Of a stretch of 24,000 nt of DNA, positions 16,717 through 24,000 are shown piece by piece. Made by a program: the position numbers and the translations under genes. The DNA is from Granulosicoccaceae bacterium (GTDB taxonomy: Bacteria > Pseudomonadota > Gammaproteobacteria > Granulosicoccales > Granulosicoccaceae). Where the stretch lies: contig OZ244967.1 in NCBI GenBank assembly GCA_965222695.1, positions 2,977,782 through 3,001,781 on the forward strand, read 5' to 3'. The notes beneath the pieces are model-generated. The model was not told where the DNA came from, ran no database searches, and worked only from the letters and a program-made list of their open reading frames with translations. Within the stretch, counting starts at the first letter, position 1. Every line of letters begins with the position of its first letter.

Positions 16717-17207
16717 TATGTTACTGGTGGTCCATCAGTCAGGGAATGCTGATGATGCTTGTGAATACCAAATCGTCCGTCCGATTCCAGTATATGCTGT
16801 ACAGCCTGCTCAAAAGACAGGGCATTTTCACCGGCATGTTTTTGCGCACCCAGGCCGTAGTCCATAGGCGTGTTATGGTTTTTGACATAGAATGCAGTTT
16901 TTGCGTCCAGCCAATCTCCATTGCCGGCAGCATTAACCCATATTTCGGTGCCTGAGTTGTCTTTCCATGATTGTTGATTCAACCAGACGATGGCACAGCC
17001 GATATCGTCGAACTTGTAAATCGCCGTTTTTTGAGATTCACCGCCACGTATTTGCGCGCTATAGTGTGGATCACCAATAGCCATGGAACATCTTATGCAA
17101 ACCTCACGATCCCATCGCACATCCACAGGGCCGGTACTCGATTCAGTCGAACAGGCAACTAAGCCCGGCACAAACAACATAACAGCAAATAGATCAATGT
17201 AGCGCAT
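16713..17207 (-). CDS. nosL: NosL copper-chaperone lipoprotein
   Basis: From ATG 17207 the product is MRYIDLFAVMLFVPGLVAC, a lipobox. It continues DREVCIRCSMAIGDPHYSAQIRGG.....IYKFDDIGCAIVWL, which matches the NosL family pattern (C..C.M.I ... FDD.GC). The track ORF begins 21 nt further upstream at 17228. Confidence 0.8.
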   Translation of the reverse strand: MRYIDLFAVMLFVPGLVACSTESSTGPVDVRWDREVCIRCSMAIGDPHYSAQIRGGESQKTAIYKFDDIGCAIVWLNQQSWKDNSGTEIWVNAAGNGDWLDAKTAFYVKNHNTPMDYGLGAQKHAGENALSFEQAVQHILESDGRFGIHKHHQHSLTDGPPVTY

Positions 17208-18090
17208 GAAGCTGAACTCCTGCTGCATTATCGGGTTCCGCTTTTTCGTCCAGACTGAATGCCTTGAGCAAGCCCGAGTATCTGGAAATAACGCTGAGAA
17301 ACCTCAAACTGTCCGGTGAAGCAACGTGACCGGTCCAGATCAGGCCGGAATCCGAGCTGTTGAAACCCCATGTCCGTATAGTCTCAGTGAATGCGCGATC
17401 TGCCGACATCAGCTCGATTCTGCATGTCATCAGCCGGTTGAGTTCGCCATGCTCTGCGACCTGATCATTCAACACAATCCTACCCTGATCCAGTTCGACG
17501 ACACGGTTGACCAGCGGTGCGACCTCGTCGAGGCGATGACTGGAGATCATCATTGCCGCCTGATTTTGCCGTTCCGCCAGCAAACCGAACAAGGCATGGC
17601 GCGCATCCGGATCCAGATTGGCGGCAGGTTCGTCCAATATCAGTATCCGGGTATCCCTTCCGAGCGCAATACTGATCAGCAGTTTCTGCTTTTGACCACC
17701 CGATAATTTATTAAAGGGCTGATGTTTGATGGCATCGGGGTTAAGACCCAGAGTATTCGAGATTCGGTAAATTCTCTCTGCCTGAGAGCCACAGACTGCG
17801 GCAGCGAAGTCAATTAACTGCCTGACAGGCATTTTAATGGGCGGAGGCAGTTGAGGCACAAAGCCCGTCATATTCAGAATCGATTGACGATCTTTGCGAG
17901 GATCCCGCTGTTCGATTTCGATAATGCCGCCATAGTTATACTGCCCCAAAAGACACCGAATCAGAGTCGTCTTACCGGCACCATTGGAACCGACAAATGC
18001 AACTCTGTCTCCAACATTCAAATCCAGATCCACATTGCGAAGAACATGTTTGTTCCGAAATGATTTACTGACATCCTGCATGCGGATCAT
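17194..18090 (-). CDS. nosF: ABC transporter ATP-binding protein NosF
   Basis: 298 aa. Walker A is GSNGAGKTT, the ABC signature is LSGGQKQK and Walker B is ILILDEP. It is embedded between nosH and nosL/nosY. Confidence 0.85.
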   Translation of the reverse strand: MIRMQDVSKSFRNKHVLRNVDLDLNVGDRVAFVGSNGAGKTTLIRCLLGQYNYGGIIEIEQRDPRKDRQSILNMTGFVPQLPPPIKMPVRQLIDFAAAVCGSQAERIYRISNTLGLNPDAIKHQPFNKLSGGQKQKLLISIALGRDTRILILDEPAANLDPDARHALFGLLAERQNQAAMMISSHRLDEVAPLVNRVVELDQGRIVLNDQVAEHGELNRLMTCRIELMSADRAFTETIRTWGFNSSDSGLIWTGHVASPDSLRFLSVISRYSGLLKAFSLDEKAEPDNAAGVQLHALH

Positions 18091-18159
18091 AATGGCTTGC
18101 CTTCACGCATAATATTAAAACCGAATCCCGAGCCACTCTTTCCATGGCCTGCGGCACAT

Positions 18160-19137
18160 TTAGAGCACTTTGTCCAGGCCTTTGAACTTGAAGTTCAACG
18201 AATTCGTCGGGCAGATATCAACACACAGTCCGCACCGTGTGCAGTCAGCACCTATATCCACATTGACATCTCCGGCCTTACCCCTGATTGTCATGTCCAG
18301 CACATGCGGTACCAGGCAGGCTTTCCGGCAATCGCCTTCATGATGGCATTGTTCAGCGTTGTAGCTGACCCGAACCGGGGAAATGGTCCCGACAAAACCG
18401 TAAGTCATACCTATGGGGCAGACATAGCGGCACCAAGCCCGCCGTGATACGAAGATTTCGAACAACAGTAGCAAAGCAACCCAGATCAGTGCCAGTCCGG
18501 GACCATAGATCAATGCCCGACTGACTATACCCGTTGGAGACAGGGTTTCAAAAACCGTGTAACCTGTCAACAAGGCGAGAAATGCGAAAATCACGAAAAA
18601 TACAGTTCTAACCCCGCGATGAAAGCTTAGGTTTTTGATTATTTTTCTTTTTACCAAGGCCAGGTGAACGAATTCCGCCCACTCGGAGAGTAAATGGTAA
18701 GGACATGTCCAGGAGCAAAAACTTCTGCCTCCTGCAATCCACCAGAGCAAAAATACTGTCACTGTTCCGATTAAGAGGTTCAGCACCATCTGCTTGAAGG
18801 CCAGTGAGATTTGCAAGGCGGAGTTCAAATCGGCCAAGTGAAACCCCACCACACGCGATGCGGTTAAAGCGCCCTCGACCAGCTGAACATCAAAATAATA
18901 GGAAACCACAAACAGCAAATTTATAACGATCAGCGTTGCCCAGCGACGATTTCGCCACTTGTGATAACCTTTTTTTGCTGCATGTTCCGCCTGTGCTTTT
19001 TCAAGTTGCTCGCGGGTCAGCTTGTGCAGTCTTTTTCGGTCATAGACTTCAATCACTGCGGGAGACATCTGCTCTTTGCCGGGTCGGTTGGGCTTGCGTC
19101 CGATGAGTTGCGACAGTGATTCCAGAATATAGCCCAT
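18160..19137 (-). CDS. nosH: NapH-like membrane iron-sulfur protein NosH
   Basis: 325 aa with four TM helices. The two cytoplasmic CxxCP motifs are CSWTCPY and CRYVCPIG. The C-terminus has two ferredoxin-type clusters (CHHEGDCRKAC, CTRCGLCVDICP). This is the NapH/NosH architecture, directly downstream of the NapG-like gene. Confidence 0.8.
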   Translation of the reverse strand: MGYILESLSQLIGRKPNRPGKEQMSPAVIEVYDRKRLHKLTREQLEKAQAEHAAKKGYHKWRNRRWATLIVINLLFVVSYYFDVQLVEGALTASRVVGFHLADLNSALQISLAFKQMVLNLLIGTVTVFLLWWIAGGRSFCSWTCPYHLLSEWAEFVHLALVKRKIIKNLSFHRGVRTVFFVIFAFLALLTGYTVFETLSPTGIVSRALIYGPGLALIWVALLLLFEIFVSRRAWCRYVCPIGMTYGFVGTISPVRVSYNAEQCHHEGDCRKACLVPHVLDMTIRGKAGDVNVDIGADCTRCGLCVDICPTNSLNFKFKGLDKVL

Positions 19138-19142
19138 AGCCG

Positions 19143-19967
19143 TTACACCGAATCCGCTGTTTTATCTATATCGATAACCAGGCTTGCAGGCTCGGCCGGG
19201 CAAATCATCTCGCAGACGCCGCATCCGACGCAACCATCCAGAATCACCGGTTTCATCCGGACTTTTCCGTCACTACCCGGAATTTCCTGCAGTTCAATCG
19301 CATGCTTCGGAGGGCACTGGTTGGGGTCGTTCGAAGGCGGCTTACCTACGTCACACTGGCTGATGCGGATTTCAATCGGACAAGTACGAACACATAAATC
19401 ACAGATGTCAAGATCAAATGTCTGGCTTGAGACGGGCAGAGGATTCCATCGGTCCACTTTATCGAACCGAAGTTTACCTTCAAACGACTCTCCTCTCACA
19501 ATACCTTTAAAACCCTGCCCCTGCATCGCCAGGCAGGTTTCCGGCTTATCCAGTCTTGCAAATCCCATCCGGGCTTCCGAGGGATAATTGATTTCATGGG
19601 TCAAGGCCCCGGTCGGACAGGCAAGTACACACTGCAAGCCATCACAGGAAAAATCACATGCCTGATCCCTGGCTTGTATAAAGGGTGTACCAATACCGAA
19701 GCCGTCCAGTAAATCAGCCAAATGAATAGCCTCAACCGGGCATACCTGAACACATTGCCCGCATTTGATACAGGAGGACAGAAAATCATGTTCCTCCAAA
19801 GCCCCGGGTGGCCGTAGACGAGCTGCCTTGCCGTTGACTACGGGAACTATACCCAGCATGGATGTGCCGACCACACCCGCGAGCAAAAAACCGCTGCGGA
19901 TAAACTCGCGACGCTCTTTCTGTTTCCGCGGTGTCGATCTCTTTCGATTTGTTTTCGCCGGGCTCAT
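19143..19967 (-). CDS. nosG: NapG-like periplasmic poly-ferredoxin NosG (Tat-exported)
   Basis: 274 aa. The twin-arginine motif is ERREFIRSG. There are four Cys clusters, including CIKCGQCVQVCP, CVLACP, CDLCVRTCP and CVGCGVCEMICP. Confidence 0.8.
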   Translation of the reverse strand: MSPAKTNRKRSTPRKQKERREFIRSGFLLAGVVGTSMLGIVPVVNGKAARLRPPGALEEHDFLSSCIKCGQCVQVCPVEAIHLADLLDGFGIGTPFIQARDQACDFSCDGLQCVLACPTGALTHEINYPSEARMGFARLDKPETCLAMQGQGFKGIVRGESFEGKLRFDKVDRWNPLPVSSQTFDLDICDLCVRTCPIEIRISQCDVGKPPSNDPNQCPPKHAIELQEIPGSDGKVRMKPVILDGCVGCGVCEMICPAEPASLVIDIDKTADSV

Positions 19968-19972
19968 TGGTG

Positions 19973-21202
19973 TCAGTGCTCCGAAATCACAGGCTTGATG
20001 TCTTCCACCAGCAAACTCGGCTCCGAAAACGGTGCCAGCCGTTCCAAAAAATCCAAGGTTTCCAACATGGGGGAACCTTTGAAAAACTGCGCATACGGCA
20101 GATCGGTCCAGATTCGGTCAGCATAAGCATATAAACTGTAAGGTTTATCCCCTATTCCGTCCTTATCCAAATCAAACCCTTCGTAGTCACTCCAATAATT
20201 TCCCTCCCACAGATTGCGGTTAGCTGTTTTGCCTCCGGAAACCACGATCTGAGTCAGATTTCCGGAAAAGCGGTTCTGCCTGAATTCATTTCCAGTCCAG
20301 TCGTTGAGAAAACGTACACCTATGCCATTAAAAGCTACCGTGTTATTACTAAAGCTGTTAATCGTATCGGGCTCGAAAGGGGATACGTCGATATACAGGC
20401 CTGTTGCACAATAGAGTATCCGGTTATCTTCTATGGTGAGATCTGAGGTTTCTTTGAACCCGATTCCGACTCCGGTAGGGCCCGATGCGTGCGCGATGTG
20501 ATTGTTTCTGACCACCACGCCGTCGCTATACATTAAAAATATGCCGACAGTATTGTTAAAATAACTATTGTCCTCGACGATATTAAATCGCGAATACATA
20601 AAATGCAGCGAATAACGGCTGTCTGAAGTTGTATTATTCTTGATAATATTGTCCGCCGAATACCAAACCACCATATCGCGGACATTCTTAATACGATTAC
20701 CGGTAATTTTATTATTGAAACTGTACCAAAGCCGGACTGAATCTCCGCGCTGGCCAAGATCATGATCCTTGGAGCTAATAGTATTGCGACGAACGACGTT
20801 ATACTCGGACTGCTGCAAATCGATACCAAACAGACAGTCATCAATGATATTGTCCTTGATAACATTGAAGTTGCCGCGTACCTGTACACCGGCATTGATA
20901 TCGTTATGGGAGCTTCCCGAACCCGTTAACCGGAGATTTTTAACGGTAGCGCCGTCGGTTTCCAGGTAGACGACCGAACCTTTCCCGCCAGCGTCAATGG
21001 TGGCATGGCCCTGGCCATCAAGAGTGATCGGCTTATCGACCGTCACCGGGCCTGCGTAAACACCGGCCTCAAGTAACAAGGTTTCGCCTTCTTTCGCATG
21101 ATCAATAAGAGACTGTAGTTCGAGTAAGGGTCTTGCGAACAATCCGTCCGGCAAAAGCGCAGCGCTTAATACGAAATAAATAGTCGCCAAGACCCGGTTC
21201 AT
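19973..21202 (-). CDS. nosD: NosD, periplasmic right-handed beta-helix protein of the Nos maturation system
   Basis: 409 aa with a signal peptide. LLLEAGVYAGPVTVDKPITLDGQGHATIDAGGKGSVVYLETDGATVKNLRLTGSG is followed by many repeated N..I.DN / N.I..N beta-helix turns. Its ATG overlaps the upstream gene stop (ATGA). Confidence 0.85.
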   Translation of the reverse strand: MNRVLATIYFVLSAALLPDGLFARPLLELQSLIDHAKEGETLLLEAGVYAGPVTVDKPITLDGQGHATIDAGGKGSVVYLETDGATVKNLRLTGSGSSHNDINAGVQVRGNFNVIKDNIIDDCLFGIDLQQSEYNVVRRNTISSKDHDLGQRGDSVRLWYSFNNKITGNRIKNVRDMVVWYSADNIIKNNTTSDSRYSLHFMYSRFNIVEDNSYFNNTVGIFLMYSDGVVVRNNHIAHASGPTGVGIGFKETSDLTIEDNRILYCATGLYIDVSPFEPDTINSFSNNTVAFNGIGVRFLNDWTGNEFRQNRFSGNLTQIVVSGGKTANRNLWEGNYWSDYEGFDLDKDGIGDKPYSLYAYADRIWTDLPYAQFFKGSPMLETLDFLERLAPFSEPSLLVEDIKPVISEH

Positions 21203-22383
21203 TCGACCTGCCCGGATACCATGTCACGCAGTTGTTTTCGCCGCAGCAACGCGGCTACAGCCAGCACTGCGCTGAACAATAACATCAAGCCAAATCCGAT
21301 GTAGGGATAGGAATGGGTAGTGAACTGGGCGACTTTTCCGTCCCCGAACACAGTGGGCATAAAGGGCTTGACAGTAAAAGCGCCCATCTCATTCAGACTG
21401 TGCCCATACCACCAAAGCCACGCTGAGTACTCTACGATAAAAAAAACAGGCAAGGCCATGGGTACTAATACAAGCAGCCAAAAAAGCAAGCCGTTATTCT
21501 TTCTCGCACCAATAATCAACAATACCATGGCGGCAAGGAGTGCCCAGAATACGATATGCCCGGCAAACGACATTTTGGACACCATAGGTTTGATTTCCGC
21601 CGGATTGTTAAAGTATCGGCCGAGATTTTTCTCGTAATGCCAGGAAAGCATTTGGGATCCACTGCCGTCCCACTCGATTCTCTCAGGGGCGGATCGGCGC
21701 TCCTGATCCTTTTCGAATGTCGCTCTCAAATGTGCGATCTGATCCGCCTTCTCATCATCTGAGGGTTCTGTCTGGTTTGTTTTCTCCTCACCTGCAGCCA
21801 TCGATGCCTTCAATCTCGCGATCAGGGCTTCGGACGCCGTCATGTTCGAGTCTGCCGACTCTCTTTCCGTATCCTGATCCAAGGCGGTGACCAAAGCGTG
21901 CAGATAACCGGCGTTCTGATACTTCAGACCTCCCTCGACGTAGTAAGCCATGGCCATCCAGACCGCAATCAGGGAAAATCCGCCACCGAGTATCAGCATT
22001 CTTAACCCTGGCCTGAAACAAGCAAATCCGATCACCATCACTGCCAGCAGCGAGACAAGAAATGGAGAGAACGCCTTTTCTATCACACCTCCTGCTGCAA
22101 TGGGGTACATGCCCACATAGTGATTGATGGTGTCCATTTCGTGGACGCAATCCAAGGCTTCTTCTTCGGTGATCTCTTCCTTCTCGATTTTCCTGCAACC
22201 GTTGAAGACACCATTCATGTGGAAATGAATCCTGACTCCATCGGGAAAAGCTTCCTCCGGATAATTAGGCGCCGTCAGGGAAACCCACCAGATAGGCGAG
22301 TAATAAATGGCGAGCAATAAGCCTACTGCGGCAAGCGATAAGAGCATGATAAGAATTTGCTTCTTTTTGGCAGCGGGATTCAT
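21199..22383 (-). CDS. NosB-like polytopic membrane protein (function unknown) with a long acidic hydrophilic insertion
   Basis: 394 aa with TM helices near aa 10-30, 95-160, 270-330 and 360-385. His/Met-containing motifs are RIHFHMNG, CVHEMDTINHYVGMYP, WWYGHSLNEMG and THSYPY. A hydrophilic D/E/K-rich stretch spans about aa 165-255. It lies immediately upstream of, and is translationally coupled to, nosD, the position nosB occupies in clade II nos clusters. The assignment rests on context and topology only. Confidence 0.5.
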   Translation of the reverse strand: MNPAAKKKQILIMLLSLAAVGLLLAIYYSPIWWVSLTAPNYPEEAFPDGVRIHFHMNGVFNGCRKIEKEEITEEEALDCVHEMDTINHYVGMYPIAAGGVIEKAFSPFLVSLLAVMVIGFACFRPGLRMLILGGGFSLIAVWMAMAYYVEGGLKYQNAGYLHALVTALDQDTERESADSNMTASEALIARLKASMAAGEEKTNQTEPSDDEKADQIAHLRATFEKDQERRSAPERIEWDGSGSQMLSWHYEKNLGRYFNNPAEIKPMVSKMSFAGHIVFWALLAAMVLLIIGARKNNGLLFWLLVLVPMALPVFFIVEYSAWLWWYGHSLNEMGAFTVKPFMPTVFGDGKVAQFTTHSYPYIGFGLMLLFSAVLAVAALLRRKQLRDMVSGQVE

Positions 22384-22501
22384 ATTACGACAACCTTGTA
22401 TTTCTGGGGAATATATCTATTTGCTTCAACGAAGCGCAAGAAGCCACGCCAGGCACCAGAATCAGAATCTTATCGACGCCTTTCCCGCAAGTTCCCGGCA
22501 T

Positions 22502-22543
22502 AAAAGCAAAAATCCCGGACCAATCCTTAATGACTGGCCCGGG
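22502..22543 (-). terminator. Rho-independent terminator after the diheme cytochrome c gene
   Basis: The minus strand reads cccgggcca-gtcattaaggat-tggtccggg, a 9-bp stem with one mismatch, followed by atttttgctttta. It begins about 15 nt after the stop at 22558. Confidence 0.65.
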
Positions 22544-22557
22544 AGACGTGCTGATGA

Positions 22558-23271
22558 TTAATCGAAATCCGGATTCAACCAGTCAGCAGATGGAGCCAAA
22601 TCGTCTTTGGGTACAGGAATGCGGGAGGTATAATTGATTACAGCCTTCATATCATCGTCGGAAAATCCGTTAATCTGTTCTACCATATCTGGATTAGCGT
22701 TACGGCGCTTGCCGTCGCGTATCCATTCAAACTGCCTTAGCATATAGTTGTAATGCTGACCAGCCAGGCGAGGGTAAAACTTTTCCTTGCTGCCTTCTCC
22801 GGCCTCACCATGACACTCTACGCAATTGTCGGCATAAAGCTGTTTTCCTTTTTCAAATTCCGGTGACCCTTCCTCATACGGGCCCTTGCCGTTTTCCGGA
22901 TTCATCGGCAGTTTTTCGATATAGGCAGTGACATCTGCAATGGCTTGCGCGCCGCCGATAGATTCCGGCAGGGCGAAAGGATACATCGTAGGATTGTCCC
23001 GATTCAACGCCCTGATATCGGACAGCTGCTTAATCAGAACCTCCTTGTGCTGGCCCGCCAATTGTGGAAATGTCCCATCGATCATTCCCCACCCTTCGGT
23101 CAGATGACAAGCCGCGCAAACCTCAAAGACGTCGATTCCATTCTCAAGGTCAGGTTCCAACAGCATGGCTTCTTCCTGCTCACCTCCGCCTTCATTCCAG
23201 GCAATGGCGTTACCGAACCCCAACGCACTGCACATCAGAATCAATACACTCGTCTGTTTTATCGTGACCAA
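22558..23271 (-). CDS. Diheme c-type cytochrome (cytochrome c4-like), periplasmic
   Basis: 237 aa with signal peptide MVTIKQTSVLILMCSALGFGNAIA. The two heme motifs are CAACH and CVECH, each followed by FPQLAGQH / YPRLAGQH and distal Met regions. A TTG start at 23271 is preceded by GGGAGA. Confidence 0.85.
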   Translation of the reverse strand: MVTIKQTSVLILMCSALGFGNAIAWNEGGGEQEEAMLLEPDLENGIDVFEVCAACHLTEGWGMIDGTFPQLAGQHKEVLIKQLSDIRALNRDNPTMYPFALPESIGGAQAIADVTAYIEKLPMNPENGKGPYEEGSPEFEKGKQLYADNCVECHGEAGEGSKEKFYPRLAGQHYNYMLRQFEWIRDGKRRNANPDMVEQINGFSDDDMKAVINYTSRIPVPKDDLAPSADWLNPDFD

Positions 23272-23417
23272 AGTCGTTCTCCCGACCGAATCTGTACTTG
23301 CGAATAATTGTCCGCTAGTAGACTACAGCGACACCGGTTAAATCGTTGATTTAGATCAAGACCATAGATGAGAGACTATGCACCGAGAGTGGAAACAAGG
23401 CCTTCAGAGAGACGGAT

Positions 23418-23454
23418 TCCGCCCCTTGTTCAATCGCTTGAATTAAGGGGCGGA
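23418..23454. other. GC-rich hairpin between the two cytochrome c genes (possible attenuator, processing or stabilising structure)
   Basis: tccgcccctt (23418-23427) pairs with aaggggcgga (23445-23454). An inner gttcaa/ttgaa pairing surrounds tcgc. No clear U-tract follows on the minus strand. It starts 17 nt after the monoheme cytochrome stop. Confidence 0.5.
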
Positions 23455-23470
23455 TATCAAATATAAACGC

Positions 23471-23791
23471 TTACTGTTCAGCCAGCCACTTTGCGATAGC
23501 ATCAATTTCTTCCTCAGAGACCAAATGCATCACGCCTTTCATCGCTGCGCTCATGCCGTTACTTCTGGCACCGCTTTTTATATCCTTCATCTGTTGAATG
23601 GTGTATTCGAGATTCTGTCCGGCAACTTTCGGATAAGTCGGCATAATGGGGGTATTTCCATCAGCGCCGTGGCAGGCAATACAGGTTTTGGATTTATACA
23701 ATTCGGCCCCATCGGCCGCCATCAGCGGATCAGTTGCAGCAAGCCCGGCAGACAATAGTGCAATAGATGCGAGTTGAAATAACTTTTTCAT
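23471..23791 (-). CDS. Monoheme class I c-type cytochrome, periplasmic
   Basis: From ATG 23791, preceded by GAGGAA, the product is MKKLFQLASIALLSAGLAATDPLMAADGAELYKSKTCIACHG...YPKVAGQ...MSAAMKG. It has a single CIACH heme motif with a distal Met region. The 18 codons upstream in the track ORF are probably not translated. Confidence 0.85.
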   Translation of the reverse strand: MKKLFQLASIALLSAGLAATDPLMAADGAELYKSKTCIACHGADGNTPIMPTYPKVAGQNLEYTIQQMKDIKSGARSNGMSAAMKGVMHLVSEEEIDAIAKWLAEQ

Positions 23792-23925
23792 ATATGATTC
23801 CTCAGTGTTAAGTGGGATTGTTACAGCCGTTAATAACATCCTCAAACATTAATGATATCCGGAAAAAGATAAAGGGAGCGCAACAAAACGTTGCGACTCC
23901 CGCATGACTAAGCCCGCTCAAAGGC

Positions 23926-24000
23926 TTATTTCACTTTCTTGGCACCGTTTTCTTCCAGATAGGTTTTAGCCCGCAGTCCTAGGTCTGCAGTCTTAACCTG
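23926..24000 (-). CDS. 3' end of an unidentified CDS running in from the right edge
   Basis: My own translation of the minus strand gives ...QVKTADLGLRAKTYLEENGAKKVK followed by TAA at 23928-23926. 24 codons are too few to identify. Its position upstream of the cytochrome/nos genes makes nosZ one possibility, but nothing in the fragment supports that. Confidence 0.3.
   Translation of the reverse strand, partial: QVKTADLGLRAKTYLEENGAKKVK

Noticed and set aside
22434-22452. Sigma-54-like element upstream of nosB (minus strand ctGGcgtggcttcttGCg)
   Set aside because: The GG to GC spacing is one nucleotide longer than the canonical -24/-12 arrangement, and the flanking bases fit the TGGCAC-N5-TTGC consensus poorly. 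No enhancer-binding protein gene is nearby.
1587-23758. Dozens of 60-160 aa ORFs in the track lying antisense to or out of frame with the large genes (for example 4204..4674 +, 7069..7428 +, 12478..12843 +, 15434..15838 -, 17326..17706 +, 21788..22198 -, 22945..23307 +)
   Set aside because: Each is fully embedded in a longer ORF that has clear family motifs. Their translations are Arg/Ser/Pro-rich or otherwise atypical and motif-free, as expected for shadow ORFs in moderate-GC DNA.
1-24000. Mobile element, prophage, defence island or CRISPR content
   Set aside because: I found no integrase, transposase or recombinase-like ORF, no tRNA gene, no regularly spaced repeat array, and no toxin-antitoxin or restriction-type motifs in any translated frame. 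Gene content is metabolic, respiratory or housekeeping throughout.
23926-24000. Calling the edge fragment nosZ
   Set aside because: Only 24 residues are visible. They contain none of the CuA ligand residues (Cys/His/Met) and no other diagnostic motif. Context alone is not enough for the call.

Overview
This looks like a chromosomal, mostly housekeeping or respiratory segment from a Gammaproteobacteria-like genome, judged from gene content and protein motifs only. No database search was possible. I support 27 CDS, 25 on the minus strand and 2 on the plus strand. I saw no rRNA, tRNA, CRISPR array, transposase or integrase. In order of increasing coordinate: (1) the 5' part of an AMP-forming acyl-CoA synthetase gene; (2) a near-perfect 33-bp inverted repeat and a bidirectional terminator; (3) a small ComEA-like helix-hairpin-helix protein; (4) a three-gene signalling module of OmpR-type response regulator, LysM/FecR periplasmic protein and CHASE2 histidine kinase; (5) a housekeeping run of deoxynucleoside kinase, folK, pcnB and hslR; (6) an ArsS-type radical SAM cluster with two glycosyltransferase-like genes and a fatty-acid hydroxylase family membrane protein; (7) ycgL and ubiE on the plus strand, converging on a MenA-like prenyltransferase; (8) a BASS-family transporter; (9) a clade II-style nos accessory cluster (nosB-like, nosD, nosG, nosH, nosF, nosL, nosY) preceded by two c-type cytochrome genes. 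The catalytic nosZ is not identifiable inside the window. Three things are most worth following up: the nos cluster without a visible nosZ and with a poorly understood NosB-like membrane protein, the ArsS cluster with no arsM or arsenic-resistance context, and the uncharacterised response regulator/LysM-FecR/CHASE2 module. All product calls rest on motifs read from the supplied translations and my own translation of the window edges. They need HMM or BLAST confirmation.
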